NCBI GenBank assembly: GCA_963667725.2
Contig: CAXXHO010000005.1
Location: 128,001 to 192,000 of the forward strand
DNA: 64,000 nucleotides
Reading direction: 5' to 3'
Origin: Treponemataceae bacterium
GTDB lineage: Bacteria > Spirochaetota > Spirochaetia > Treponematales > Rectinemataceae
The position numbers were made by a program, and so were the translations under genes. The notes beneath the pieces are model-generated. The model did no database searches and was not told the DNA's origin. It saw only the letters and a list, made by a program, of their open reading frames with translations. This document shows positions 43,916 to 54,332 of the stretch, piece after piece (the first letter of the stretch is position 1; each line of letters opens with the position of its first letter).

Positions 43916-44344
43916 TCAGGCGGGATCGAGGAGATTCCGCCCGGTGAAGGCATGGGGCAGCAACTCGGAAATGGAATGAAGGGAACGTGCATGACGGTTG
44001 GCCAGGAGGATGGGCATATCCTCGGCGAATTCGGCGATGACCTGGCGACAGAGCCCGCAGGGGGGTGTGAGCGTCTCAGCCTCGGTGACCACCACCAGGG
44101 CCAGCATGTCGCCGGGGCGCATGCCCTGGGCCGCAGCGGCGCAGATGGCGTTGCGCTCGGCGCAGATGGTTCCACCGTAGCTGGCATTCTCGACATTGCA
44201 GCCGGTGTGGAGGGTGCCATCTCGATCCAGGAGTGCCGCACCGACATGGAAGTGGCTATAGGGCGCATAGGCGCAATCCCGGGCCCGCCAGGCGGCCTCG
44301 AGAAGGGGGTTCCACTGGGGATCCTGGGGGGTCGTGAAGGTCAT
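43916..44344 (-). CDS. cdd: Cytidine deaminase
   Basis: YAPYS, GCNVENASY, CAER, PCGLCRQ, LLP. Confidence 0.95.
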   Translation of the reverse strand: MTFTTPQDPQWNPLLEAAWRARDCAYAPYSHFHVGAALLDRDGTLHTGCNVENASYGGTICAERNAICAAAAQGMRPGDMLALVVVTEAETLTPPCGLCRQVIAEFAEDMPILLANRHARSLHSISELLPHAFTGRNLLDPA

Positions 44345-44365
44345 TCTGCTCCCGGATTTCTGGAT

Positions 44366-45334
44366 CTAGGTTAATCGCGGGGCCGGACTCGCGCTAGCAG
44401 AGTCAGTCTCGGGGCCGGAAAAAGCCGGGGGAGTGTCTTCGGCTTGGGCCAGAGCCAGGGCACGCCAGCAGGGGACGAAGCCCTGGGTTTCCCGGCGGCC
44501 TCGGCGGGACAGGATTTCCAGAAAGACCTCCCGTTTCTGGAGCCGGGCCTGGAGGATGGCCCCGGAGAGACGTTCCAGTTCCCGCTCGAAGGCACGGCCG
44601 GGGCCCCAGGCGCGGAGATCCAGCCGAAGGTGGAGGCCCGCCAATTCCTCATCCTCGAAGGTGCGGACCCAGGGGGCACCTCGCTGGGCGGTGCGCTTCC
44701 AGTGAACCCGCCCCAGCGGATCACCCTCTCGAAAGGGTCGGGCTCCTTCTGGGGCCGAGGCTCCCGGTTTGGGAATGGGCCGCACCGCTTCGCCCCGGAG
44801 ACCGCTGGGCTGGGTGGTCGCCCGGGGGTGGGGCAGCACGAGGATCTCCTGGGTGAGGGGAAAGCGGAGGGCCTTTTCCAGGAATCCGAAGGGGAAGGCG
44901 GTGCGCAGCTCCAGGCTCACGAGCCTGCAGGTGCCTCGGCGCTCGGGGCGGGCGTGGAGAACCACCAGGGCATCCCCTCGACCTTCGCCACCGGCGTAGA
45001 AACCGGGCTCGATGCGGCCTTCTTCCATTTCCAGGCGCACTTCCAGGGCTCGGATCCGGCGGGGCGCGCCATCCTTGAGGCGGAGGCGAATTCCGCCCCG
45101 CACCCGCGCAAAGATATTGCCTTCCTCAATGCGGTCGATGCCGATGTGCTGAAGGGTGCGGCGGCTCACCCAGCCGGAGACGAGGAAGAGCGCGACCATC
45201 AGCGAAAACACCAGGTAGAGCAGGTTGTTGCCGGTATTCACGGAAAACACACCCACCAGCAGCATGGCGGCCAGGTATTCCAGGCCGAGGCGGGTGATGG
45301 AGAGCTGAAGGCGGCGGTCGTTCCAGAGTTTCAT
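44366..45334 (-). CDS. DUF58 family membrane protein
   Basis: NTGNNLLYL TM pair, FPFGF, RPFREGDPLGRVHWKRTA. Confidence 0.85.
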   Translation of the reverse strand: MKLWNDRRLQLSITRLGLEYLAAMLLVGVFSVNTGNNLLYLVFSLMVALFLVSGWVSRRTLQHIGIDRIEEGNIFARVRGGIRLRLKDGAPRRIRALEVRLEMEEGRIEPGFYAGGEGRGDALVVLHARPERRGTCRLVSLELRTAFPFGFLEKALRFPLTQEILVLPHPRATTQPSGLRGEAVRPIPKPGASAPEGARPFREGDPLGRVHWKRTAQRGAPWVRTFEDEELAGLHLRLDLRAWGPGRAFERELERLSGAILQARLQKREVFLEILSRRGRRETQGFVPCWRALALAQAEDTPPAFSGPETDSASASPAPRLT

Positions 45335-45385
45335 GGTGAGAAATCGTAATGCCACGATAGCCTTGAAAACACACCCGGACGGCCC

Positions 45386-46960
45386 ATGTTCAAGAATCTT
45401 TTCCGTACCAAGTCTCTCGAGCAGCTGAAGGCCAAGGCCGAGGATCCCGAGCACCAACTCAAGAAGAACCTGGGCACCTTCGATCTGACCATGTTCGGCA
45501 TCGGCGCCATCATCGGCGCCGGCATCTTCAGCGCCATCGGCACTGCCGCCGCAGGAGGGCTCGATGGTCGCCCGGCGGCGGGTCCGGCCCTGGTCATCAG
45601 TATCCTCATCGTGGCGGTGGCCTGTGGTTTCACGGCCCTGGCCTATGCGGAGATGGCCTCGATGATTCCCGTGTCGGGGTCCGCCTACACCTACGCCTAC
45701 GCCACCCTGGGCGAGCTCATGGCCTGGATCATCGGCTGGGATCTGCTGCTGGAGTACGCCGTGAGCAACGTGGCGGTGGCTATCTCCTGGGGCGACTACA
45801 CCAAGAGTTTTCTCGCGAATGTGTTGAACGTGCATGTGCCAGGCTGGCTCTCTATGGATCCCCGCACAGCCCTGATGCTGCCGGACGGGGCCGCAGCCAT
45901 GACCCTTTCCGAAAAACTCCATGCCTTGGCCCAGGCCAAGGCGGGGCTGCTGGATGGCGCTGCCACCTTCGCCAACTGGGCCACCCTCAAGGATGCGCCG
46001 ATGGTCTTCGGCTTTCCGATCGCCATCAATATGCTGGCGGTGGTGATCACCGTGGCGATCACGTGGCTCGTGTACCTCGGCATCAAGGAGAGTGCTCGGG
46101 CCAACGCCATCATGGTGGTGGTGAAGGTGGCCATCCTGCTGGCGGTGGTGGGTATTGGCATTAAGTTCATCGACACCCAGAACTGGGTGCCCTTCGCGCC
46201 CAAGGGGCTCATGGGGATCCAGGCGGGCGCCGCCATCATCTTCTTCGCCTTCATCGGCTTCGACGCCGTGAGCACCACGGCGGAGGAGTGCAAAGATCCG
46301 GGCCGCAACCTGCCCCGGGGCATCCTGTTCTCTTTGGGCATCTGCACCCTGATCTATGCCGCCGTGGCCCTGGTGGTGACGGGAATGTTGAAGTACACCG
46401 AGCTGGGCAAGCAGGCGGATCCCCTGGCCTACATCTTCACCCAGCACGGCCTCAACGGCTGGGCGGGCGTCATCTCCTTCGGCGCCATCATCGCCACCAC
46501 CGCGGCGCTGCTCGTGTACCAGGTGGGCCAGCCCCGCATCTTCATGTCCATGAGCCGCGATGGTCTGCTGGGCCCCTGGTTCGGCAAAGTCAGCAAGAAA
46601 CACGGCACCCCCGGCAACGCCACCTTCCTCACGGGATGCATCGTGGCGGTGCCTGCGGCGCTGCTGAACATTTCCGAGGTGGTGGAACTCTGCAATATCG
46701 GGACGCTCTTCGCGTTCGCCCTCGTCTGCGCCGGGGTGATGATTCTGCGCTTCCGCAGGCCCGAAGTGACACGCAGATTTCGTATGCCATGGGTATGGGT
46801 GACGGCCCCTCTGGGCATTATTTTCTGCATCTGGCTCGCCAAGGGTCTGCCCGGTGTCACCTGGATCCGCTTCTTCATCTGGCTGGGGCTCGGCATGTTG
46901 GTGTACCTGGTCTATGGCATCCGCAACAGCGCCCTGCACGAATCCGGGAAAAACACGTAG
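45386..46960 (+). CDS. Amino acid permease (APC, CAT-like)
   Basis: GAIIGAGIF, YAEMASMIPVSGSAY, FAFIGFD, MSRDGLL. Confidence 0.92.
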   Translation: MFKNLFRTKSLEQLKAKAEDPEHQLKKNLGTFDLTMFGIGAIIGAGIFSAIGTAAAGGLDGRPAAGPALVISILIVAVACGFTALAYAEMASMIPVSGSAYTYAYATLGELMAWIIGWDLLLEYAVSNVAVAISWGDYTKSFLANVLNVHVPGWLSMDPRTALMLPDGAAAMTLSEKLHALAQAKAGLLDGAATFANWATLKDAPMVFGFPIAINMLAVVITVAITWLVYLGIKESARANAIMVVVKVAILLAVVGIGIKFIDTQNWVPFAPKGLMGIQAGAAIIFFAFIGFDAVSTTAEECKDPGRNLPRGILFSLGICTLIYAAVALVVTGMLKYTELGKQADPLAYIFTQHGLNGWAGVISFGAIIATTAALLVYQVGQPRIFMSMSRDGLLGPWFGKVSKKHGTPGNATFLTGCIVAVPAALLNISEVVELCNIGTLFAFALVCAGVMILRFRRPEVTRRFRMPWVWVTAPLGIIFCIWLAKGLPGVTWIRFFIWLGLGMLVYLVYGIRNSALHESGKNT

Positions 46961-46972
46961 GCTGGAGGTTCC

Positions 46973-47608
46973 ATGTTCACCGGCCTGATTCGACACTTCG
47001 GCACCCTCGACGCCCGCACGCCCCGCCCTGGGGGTGCGCGGTTGCGCATCGCGGCACCTGGGGAGCTTCTGGAACGGGCGGAGCTGGGGGCCAGCATCTG
47101 TGTGAACGGGGCCTGTCTCACGGCGGTGGCCCGGGACGGGAAGGCCTTCGAGGCGGAGCTCTCGGAGGAAACGCTCCAGAAGACTACTTTTGGGCGGTTG
47201 CCCATGGGTGCCCTGCTCCATCTGGAACCTTCGCTGCGGGTGGGCGATCCCCTGGATGGCCATCTGGTGTCGGGGCATGTGGATGGCGTGGGGCGGCTGC
47301 TGGAGCGGCCTCAGGGTGAGGGCCTCTGGCGTTTTGCCATGCCCGCCGAGCTGGCTCCCATGATCGCTCCCAAAGGCTCGGTGGCCGTGGATGGTATTTC
47401 CCTGACAGTGGTGGACTGTGGTTCGGATTGGTTCACCGTGGCCCTGATCCCCGAAACCGTGCGGCGGACGCGGCTGGAAACGGTGCGGCCCGGCGCGGAG
47501 TTCAATCTGGAGGCCGATCCCATTGGTCGCTACGTGGCCAGGGCCCTGGCCCTGAGGGGCGGGGAGGCCCGGTTGCATCGTTTCGCGCGAGAGGGTTGGT
47601 CGGGCTGA
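46973..47608 (+). CDS. ribE: Riboflavin synthase
   Basis: MFTGLI, SICVNGACLT, GHLVSGHVD, KGSVAVDGISLT. Confidence 0.94.
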   Translation: MFTGLIRHFGTLDARTPRPGGARLRIAAPGELLERAELGASICVNGACLTAVARDGKAFEAELSEETLQKTTFGRLPMGALLHLEPSLRVGDPLDGHLVSGHVDGVGRLLERPQGEGLWRFAMPAELAPMIAPKGSVAVDGISLTVVDCGSDWFTVALIPETVRRTRLETVRPGAEFNLEADPIGRYVARALALRGGEARLHRFAREGWSG

Positions 47609-47623
47609 AGTAGACTCATCTCC

Positions 47624-48067
47624 ATGCTGAAACCCCAGCTTTCCGACCTTTTCGCCGCGGACCTCCCGGATCGCCTCCGGGCGCGCTTTGCGCGCTTCGG
47701 CGTGGTGGAGGGGTGGGGCCTCGAGATCCTGGAAATGGGGCCGGGCCGGGCCCTGCTGCGGATTCGCGCCAATGATCGCACCAGCAACCCCGGGGGCGAG
47801 ATCATCAATGGGGGCGTGCTGGCGGCCCTGGGGGACATGACCAGCGCTCTGGCGCTTTCCACGGCCTTCGACGGGGCCATGCCCTTCGTCACCTCGGACC
47901 TGAACATCCGCTACCTGGAGCCTGCCCGGGGCGATGTGGAGGCCGAGGCCACGGTGCTTCGACTCTCCACCCGCAGCGCCATCATCGCCTGCGAAATCCG
48001 CTGCGGAGAAGAAACCGCCGCGATCTGCACCAGCCACTTTGCCGTCAAGCGCAAGCCGGGGAACTGA
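47624..48067 (+). CDS. PaaI family thioesterase
   Basis: NP..IINGG..ALGD, T.DLNIRYL hotdog motifs. Confidence 0.82.
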   Translation: MLKPQLSDLFAADLPDRLRARFARFGVVEGWGLEILEMGPGRALLRIRANDRTSNPGGEIINGGVLAALGDMTSALALSTAFDGAMPFVTSDLNIRYLEPARGDVEAEATVLRLSTRSAIIACEIRCGEETAAICTSHFAVKRKPGN

Positions 48068-48069
48068 AC

Positions 48070-49134
48070 ATGCCGCTCCGCCGGAATTCACCGCCCCTCC
48101 AGCGTCTGCGGCACACTCTGATGCTGCTTACGCTGGTCGTCCTGGCGGGGGTTCTGGGCTACCGCTGGCTGGCCCATCTGAACTACCTCGACAGCTTCTA
48201 CATGGCCATCACCACTCTGTTCACCGTGGGATTCCGGGAACTGGGTGATGTCAGCGATGCCACCAAACTCTTCACCATCGCCTATCTCATCACGGGCCTG
48301 GGGGTGGCGACCTACGCCATTTCCAATCTCACGGCCCTCATTGTGGAGGGTGACCTCCAGGGCTACCTACGGGAGCGCCGCATGGAAAAACGTCTTTCCA
48401 ACCTGAGTAACCATGTCATCGTCTGCGGCTTTGGAAAGATGGGCTTCCAGGCCGCCTGGGAATTGAAGCAGGCGGGCGTTCCCTTCCTGATCATCGAGAA
48501 GGAACAGGGCAAGGGCTCCAAGAATCCTCGCTTCGAGGGTGAGCTGTTTCTCTACGGCAACGCCATGGATGAGTTGATCCTCGAGCGGGCCGGAATCACC
48601 CGGGCCCGAGGCCTCATCACCACCCTCACCACGGACGCGGATAACGTGCTGGTGACGCTCACCGCCAAGCAACTGGCGCCGGATGTGCCCATCGTGGCGC
48701 GGTCCGCCCAGCTCGGCACGGAGAACAAGCTGAAGGCCGCCGGTGCGAATCACATTGTGAGCCCCTACGAAATCGGGGGGCGGCGCATGGCGGCGCTGCT
48801 GCTGGAACCGGACCTGATGAATTACGTGGACGTGGTGCTCGACCACAAGCAGATGGAGATGGCCATCGAGCATGTCCTCGTGAGTCCGGGCTCTCAGCTG
48901 GTGGGCCTCTCCATGCGCGAGGCGCGCCTCCGAGATACTACCGGCGCCCTGATCGTGGGCATCCACCGCACGGAGCAGGGCCTGCTTTTCAATCCTCGGG
49001 GCAACGAAACCTTTCGGGCCGGGGACGTGCTGTTGGCCATGGGCAGCCACGACACGCTGAACGCCTTGGTGGGTGTGGCCCGGGGGGAATCGCGGTTGGC
49101 GGTGGAAACTACCGGATCGGCAGGGCAAAGCTGA
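48070..49134 (+). CDS. Potassium channel with TrkA-N/TrkA-C (RCK) domains
   Basis: 2 TM plus pore [19 protein letters not shown], TrkA-C. Confidence 0.88.
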   Translation: MPLRRNSPPLQRLRHTLMLLTLVVLAGVLGYRWLAHLNYLDSFYMAITTLFTVGFRELGDVSDATKLFTIAYLITGLGVATYAISNLTALIVEGDLQGYLRERRMEKRLSNLSNHVIVCGFGKMGFQAAWELKQAGVPFLIIEKEQGKGSKNPRFEGELFLYGNAMDELILERAGITRARGLITTLTTDADNVLVTLTAKQLAPDVPIVARSAQLGTENKLKAAGANHIVSPYEIGGRRMAALLLEPDLMNYVDVVLDHKQMEMAIEHVLVSPGSQLVGLSMREARLRDTTGALIVGIHRTEQGLLFNPRGNETFRAGDVLLAMGSHDTLNALVGVARGESRLAVETTGSAGQS

Positions 49135-50467
49135 AGGTCGAGCCGATCCCTTTCTCGCTCTCCACCCAGATGCGCCCGCCGTGGGCCTCCACGATGCGCT
49201 TGGCGATGGCGAGGCCGAGACCGGTGCTGGTCTCGCCCGCGGTGGGCTTCACGCTGAGGCGCCCGAATTCGGTGAAGGCCTTACCGATTTCATGCTTGGG
49301 GATGCCCTGGCCCTGGTCCCTTACATAGATCTGGATCTCGTTTGCACCGAGCCTGGCGCCCAGGGTGATGCGGGTCTGGGGCTGGCTGAACTTGATGGCG
49401 TTGGTGACCAGGTTGGTCAGCACTTGGTGGATGCGCTGCGCGTCCATGGTGAGGAACAGAGGTTCCGAGGGCAGTTCCAGGCAAACCTCCTGCTCTTTGC
49501 GCTGGGCAAGTAGGCTGCTCTCGGCGTGGACTTCCTCCAGAAAAGCGGCCAGGGGTTCGGGTTCGAGCCGCAGTTCCAGGCTCCCGGCCTCGATGGCGCT
49601 CACATCCAGCAGGTCATTGACCAGGGTCACCATGGTCTTGGAGGCCTCCTGGAGGGTGCGCAGCACGCGGATCTGGTTTTCCGGCAGCGGTCCCAGGACA
49701 CCCCCCACCAGCATGTCCAGGTAGCCCTGCATCACGGTGATGGGGTGGCGCAGATCGTGGGCTGCCATGCCCAGGAAGCGGTTCTTGACCTGATTGAGCT
49801 CCTGGAGCTGCTGGTAGAGCTTGCTCTTCTCCAGGATCATGGCGAGCTGCCCAGCGATCTGCATGAAGAGGTCCACGTGGAGATGAGCGTAGGTGTGTTT
49901 CTCCATGCTGGAAAAGAACATGAAGCCCACAGGCTTGCCTGCGGCCACCAGGGGGCAGGTGAGGCTGGAGCGCATGCCCTCCTCCAGGATGAGGCGCGTG
50001 GCCTCGGAGGTGGGATGGCTCGCCAAGTGGGTCTCCAGATCGTTGAGGATGCGCGGCTGGCCATTCAGCAGGATGCCCTGGAGGCTGCTGCCTTCCATTC
50101 GAGCGGTGTAGCCTCGGGGGACGCTCAGCGCAGGTGCTTCCGAGTGGGCCCAGCGGGCGCGGAGCAGTCGTCCGTCATCTTCCAGCAGGGCAAAACCAAT
50201 GCGGTCGTAGGGGATGATGGGGCGAAACGAGGCGTAGACCTTCTCGAGCACTTCATCCAGCAGTAGGCCCGCATTGGCCTGTTCGGTGACCTTGGCGAGG
50301 GAGGAAATTTCCTCGAATTTCCGCTCCAGGGTGCGTCCTAGCTCCGCCAGCGCCAGCCCGAGCTGGCCCACATCGTCATTGCCGTCGCCGGGGATGGTCA
50401 CCACGAAGCGCCCCTGGGCCATGGCTCGGGCAGCCTCGCGGTAATGGATGATCCGATCGTCCCCCAT
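49109..50467 (-). CDS. HAMP-GAF sensor histidine kinase (cytoplasmic)
   Basis: HAMP-like N-terminus, GAF, AAHDLR, NAIKFS, DQGQG, GLGL. Confidence 0.87.
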   Translation of the reverse strand: MGDDRIIHYREAARAMAQGRFVVTIPGDGNDDVGQLGLALAELGRTLERKFEEISSLAKVTEQANAGLLLDEVLEKVYASFRPIIPYDRIGFALLEDDGRLLRARWAHSEAPALSVPRGYTARMEGSSLQGILLNGQPRILNDLETHLASHPTSEATRLILEEGMRSSLTCPLVAAGKPVGFMFFSSMEKHTYAHLHVDLFMQIAGQLAMILEKSKLYQQLQELNQVKNRFLGMAAHDLRHPITVMQGYLDMLVGGVLGPLPENQIRVLRTLQEASKTMVTLVNDLLDVSAIEAGSLELRLEPEPLAAFLEEVHAESSLLAQRKEQEVCLELPSEPLFLTMDAQRIHQVLTNLVTNAIKFSQPQTRITLGARLGANEIQIYVRDQGQGIPKHEIGKAFTEFGRLSVKPTAGETSTGLGLAIAKRIVEAHGGRIWVESEKGIGSTFSFALPIR

Positions 50468-50693
50468 GGTCGCCCTCCCACGCCCATGAATCGAGGCTTG
50501 GTCAGTCTCTCTATCGGCGGGGGCTGCGCGGGCTGAAGTTCGGGCAAGCTGTGGTCGTGCGAATCTCGGGAAATAAAGGGCTCTCTCGGATTTCTTCGTG
50601 TGACTTCGTGCCCTGAGCCTTTTAGGCGGGGTTGACGGGGCGATGGGCCAGTGCTGCGGGCCTTTCCGCAAATCAACGAAGAACCAAATAGAA

Positions 50694-50713
50694 GGGGCCC
50701 CGTGAGGGGCCCC
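50694..50713 (-). terminator. Intrinsic terminator after sod
   Basis: GGGGCCCC-gtga-GGGGCCCC followed by TTCTATTT on the minus strand. Confidence 0.65.
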
Positions 50714-50734
50714 ATCCACGGGCACAGGGATGAA

Positions 50735-51319
50735 CTACTTGGCGGCAGCGAGGCGCTTGCTGGCTTCGCTCCACTTGATGTTGTCGACGAAGGCAGCGAG
50801 GTAGTCGGGACGCTTGATGCCGTAGTCGACCATGAATGCGTGCTCCCAGCTATCCAGCACCAGCAGCAAATCCTGGTCGATGGGTACGCCCAGGTGGTGC
50901 TCGGCGAAGAAGTAGGTGTGCAGCTTGTTGTCGCGGCGGTTGCGGGTGAGGATGGCCCAGCCGGGGCCGCCCATGGCCGCAGCCTTGAGGTCGGCCACAA
51001 CCTTGTCCTTGCCGCCCGCGGCCTCCAGGGCCTTGGCCAGCTCGGGGCTGATGTCACTGTCGGCGCCCAGATTCTCGAAATAGAGTTCATGCAGGAAGGA
51101 GCCATTGAAGGCCACGGCCTCCCGGCGCTTCAGTTCGCTGTACTCGTTGAAGGAGTAATTGGGCTTGGAGTTATCGATCTCGGCCAATTTCGCCTCGATC
51201 TCATTGAGCTTGGCGATGTAGCCCTTGTAGAGGGTGAAGTGCTGGTCGAGCTGGTTGTCGGAAAGACCCTTGAGCTTGCCGCCCTTCAGGTGGTCATAGT
51301 TCTTCGCGTCGTACGCCAT
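50735..51319 (-). CDS. Fe/Mn superoxide dismutase family protein
   Basis: QHFTLYKGY, LHELYF, DSWEHAF (four metal ligands); GAGGAG RBS. Confidence 0.88.
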   Translation of the reverse strand: MAYDAKNYDHLKGGKLKGLSDNQLDQHFTLYKGYIAKLNEIEAKLAEIDNSKPNYSFNEYSELKRREAVAFNGSFLHELYFENLGADSDISPELAKALEAAGGKDKVVADLKAAAMGGPGWAILTRNRRDNKLHTYFFAEHHLGVPIDQDLLLVLDSWEHAFMVDYGIKRPDYLAAFVDNIKWSEASKRLAAAK

Positions 51320-51426
51320 GGAATCTCCTCGAATGTGCCGGTGGGCGGAAAAGAGTCTACCCATCCGGTCCATTCATGGGATGCCTGGACTCGGGGATTC
51401 GTTCGGGGGTCGGACCTTCTTTCAAG

Positions 51427-51459
51427 AACAAGAAGCCCCGCGCTGCGGGGCTTCTTGTT
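51427..51459 (-). terminator. Intrinsic terminator after the prolyl oligopeptidase
   Basis: 15-bp stem AACAAGAAGCCCCGC / GCGGGGCTTCTTGTT. Confidence 0.8.
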
Positions 51460-51467
51460 GACGGAGG

Positions 51468-53579
51468 CTACTTCAGCTTCTGCCAGAGGAACGTGTAGTC
51501 CAGGGCGGTCATGTGGGCGCGCTGGCTGTTGTTGGCGGCGCCCCCGTGGCCGCCTTCGATGTTCTCGTAGTAGCGGACATCGGCACCCATCTCCTTCATC
51601 CGGGCCATCATCTTGCGGGCGTGGCCGGGATGCACCCGATCATCCCGGGTGCTGGTGGTGAAGAGCACCGGCGGATAGGTCACGCCTGCCTTCAGGTTGT
51701 GGTAGGGGCTGAAGTGCTGGATGTAGGACCATTCCTCAGGCTTAGAGGGATCGCCGTACTCGCCCATCCAGGAGGCGCCGGCCAGGAGCTGGCTGTAGCG
51801 CTTCATGTCCAGGAGGGGCACCTGGCAGACGATGGCGCCAAAGTGCTTGGGGTAGAGGGTGATCATGTTGCCCATCAGCAGGCCGCCATTGCTGCCGCCC
51901 TGGGCACCCAGGTGCTTGGGGGATGTGATCTTGCGGGCGAAGAGATCCTCGGCCACGGCGGCGAAATCCTCGTAGCAGCGCATGCGGTTCTGCTTGAGGG
52001 CCGCCTGGTGCCACTGGGGGCCGTACTCACCGCCGCCGCGAATGTTGGCCAGGATGTAGACGCCGCCCTGGGTGGTCCAGGCCAGCCCGCTCACGGGGTT
52101 GTAGCCCGGCGTGAGGGACACCTCGAAACCACCGTAGCCGTAGAGCAGGGTGGGATTGGTGCCGTCCAGCTTCAGGCCCTTGGGGGCGATCTGGAAGTAG
52201 GGGACTCGCGTGCCGTCCTTGGACTTCACGAAATGCTGGCTGACCTCGACCTTGCTGGCGTCGAAGAAGGCCGGGGCCTTTTTGAGGGTCTCAAATTTGG
52301 CACCGCCAACCACGCCGTACTGGAGGCTGGTGGGGGTGGTGAAACCGCTGACGGTGAAGAAGACCTCGTCGGAGTGCTCGGGGTCCACGGCACCCACGGA
52401 GAGGGTGGCGAAGGCGGGCGCGCCGGGGAAGGCCCGCTGGGTCCAGCCCTTGGGGCCAGGAGTGTGGATGGTCACCTGGTTGATCACATCCTGGAGCACA
52501 TTGAGGATCAGGTGGTTCCGCGTCCAGCTGTAGCCTGCCAACGAGCGGGTGGCCGTGGGCTCGAAGAGCACGGTGAAGTCCCGCTTGCCCGCCATGAAAT
52601 CCTCGAAGCGGGTCACCAGCAGGCAGCCGGCGCCGTAGGTCTTGCCGCCCACGGTCCAGGGGCTGCGCAGGCTCACGGTCATCCATTCCCGGTAGGGGCT
52701 GGCGTTGGCATCCTCGGGCACGTCGATCTTCTGGAGCTTGCCATCGGGCTTCTTCAGGAACAACTCGGAGGTGTACATCGTGATGCCACGCCCCACGTAG
52801 TCGCGCTCGAAGCCCTTGGTGTCGTCATGGAAGGCGTTCACGCTGATGTCGGTCTGCTTGGCTTCGTACAGCGGCGTGGCCTGGGCCAGCGGGGTGCCGC
52901 GCTTCCATACCTTGGCGATGCGGGGATAGCCAGAGTCCGTCATGGAGCCGGGGCCAAAGTTGGTGGTGACATAGACCGTGTCCTTGTCTACCCAGCTCAG
53001 GCCGCCCTTGGCCTCGGGCAGTTCGAAGCCGCCCTTCACAAAGCTGCGGGTCTTGAGGTCGAACTCCCGCACCACCGTGGCGTCGGCGCCACCCCGGGAC
53101 AGGGTGATGAGGACGTGGCGATGGCCACCTTCCTTGAGCACATCGGCTCCGCCCCAGACCCAGTTCTCCTTCTCGGCCTTGCCGAGGGCATCCAGATCGA
53201 GGATGACGTCCCAGGCTGGCTCCGCCTTGCGGTATTCCGCCAGGGTCGTGCGGCGCCACAGGCCCCGGGGGTGCTTGGCATCCCGCCAGAAGTTGTAGAA
53301 GTGATTGCCGATCTTGCCCACAAAGGGAATACGGGCGTCAGAATCCAGCACCTTCAACACTTCGCCCTTCAGGCGCTCGAAACGGGCATCGCCGCCCAGT
53401 TCCTTCATGGTCTCGCCGTTCCGGGCCTTCACCCAGTCCAGGGCCTTTTCGCCGGTGACATCCTCCAGCCAGAGGTAGGGATCCTCGTGGGTCGCGATCA
53501 GAGCGGCTTTGGGTTCTTGGGCGGCCATGCTCCAGCCTAGCGTGAGGCCGAGCGCAAGCAGGATCCAGGGGCGTCGCAT
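51468..53579 (-). CDS. Secreted prolyl oligopeptidase (S9A)
   Basis: Signal peptide, DPYLWLE, YGYGGF, GGSNGG, DDRVHP, EGGH. Confidence 0.94.
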   Translation of the reverse strand: MRRPWILLALGLTLGWSMAAQEPKAALIATHEDPYLWLEDVTGEKALDWVKARNGETMKELGGDARFERLKGEVLKVLDSDARIPFVGKIGNHFYNFWRDAKHPRGLWRRTTLAEYRKAEPAWDVILDLDALGKAEKENWVWGGADVLKEGGHRHVLITLSRGGADATVVREFDLKTRSFVKGGFELPEAKGGLSWVDKDTVYVTTNFGPGSMTDSGYPRIAKVWKRGTPLAQATPLYEAKQTDISVNAFHDDTKGFERDYVGRGITMYTSELFLKKPDGKLQKIDVPEDANASPYREWMTVSLRSPWTVGGKTYGAGCLLVTRFEDFMAGKRDFTVLFEPTATRSLAGYSWTRNHLILNVLQDVINQVTIHTPGPKGWTQRAFPGAPAFATLSVGAVDPEHSDEVFFTVSGFTTPTSLQYGVVGGAKFETLKKAPAFFDASKVEVSQHFVKSKDGTRVPYFQIAPKGLKLDGTNPTLLYGYGGFEVSLTPGYNPVSGLAWTTQGGVYILANIRGGGEYGPQWHQAALKQNRMRCYEDFAAVAEDLFARKITSPKHLGAQGGSNGGLLMGNMITLYPKHFGAIVCQVPLLDMKRYSQLLAGASWMGEYGDPSKPEEWSYIQHFSPYHNLKAGVTYPPVLFTTSTRDDRVHPGHARKMMARMKEMGADVRYYENIEGGHGGAANNSQRAHMTALDYTFLWQKLK

Positions 53580-53706
53580 GGGGATCTCCTTGAAAAAGAA
53601 CGAGGCCGAGGCAAGGACCGGCCTGCTTTCGCCTGCCAGCATAGCGCATGCCTCTACTCGCGAGGCAAGATCCGGTGAAATTACCTGGTTGGAGACGTGT
53701 CTCGAC

Positions 53707-54249
53707 TCACCGGAAGGCTTCGGGCGCCCTTTCCTTCCAGGCGCCACCCAGCAGCAGGGTGGTCACGGGCACCCCTGGGGTCTTGACCCCCCGGTGGCTC
53801 ATGCAGGTGTGTTCGGCCACGAATTTCACGCCCCAGGCCTGGGGGCGCAGGTGGATTTCCAGGGCTTCGAAGATCTGACGGGTCATGCGCTCCTGTACCT
53901 GCAGCCGGCTGGCAAAGGCTTGGATCACGCGCACGAGTTTGGAGAGCCCTACCGTGCCTCCGGCACCCGGCAGGTAGCCGATGCTGGCGAAGCCGGAGAA
54001 GGGGGCAAGATGGTGCTCGCAGGTGCTCACGAAGGGGACGCGCTCGAGGATGACGGGGCAGGGGGCCAGCTCCCCCGGCAGCGGCTGGAGCTCGGCGGCG
54101 ACGTCGATGGCGTAGCCATTCAGTCGTTCGGCCCAGTACTCCGCCACCCGGTGGGGCGTGTCCCGCAGTTCGGGGCACTCGGGATCTGCGCCAAAGCTGG
54201 CCAGCAGTTCGTGAATGGCCTTGGTGGCCCGTGCCTCGTCGATCCCCAT
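53707..54249 (-). CDS. folE: GTP cyclohydrolase I
   Basis: TPHRVA, CEHH, GLSKL, LQVQE, HTCMSHRG. Confidence 0.88.
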   Translation of the reverse strand: MGIDEARATKAIHELLASFGADPECPELRDTPHRVAEYWAERLNGYAIDVAAELQPLPGELAPCPVILERVPFVSTCEHHLAPFSGFASIGYLPGAGGTVGLSKLVRVIQAFASRLQVQERMTRQIFEALEIHLRPQAWGVKFVAEHTCMSHRGVKTPGVPVTTLLLGGAWKERAPEAFR

Positions 54250-54332
54250 GGATGCCCCCGTTCAAAGCTGATGCCTGGGACACCATACCGCAGGCCATGG
54301 GGAATCAGGCACGGAGGCGTCGGTCTCCCTCG

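Noticed and set aside
44366..48091. 1241-aa minus-strand ORF
   Set aside because: Only 44366-45334 (DUF58) is plausible; the rest is the antisense shadow of the permease, ribE and PaaI genes
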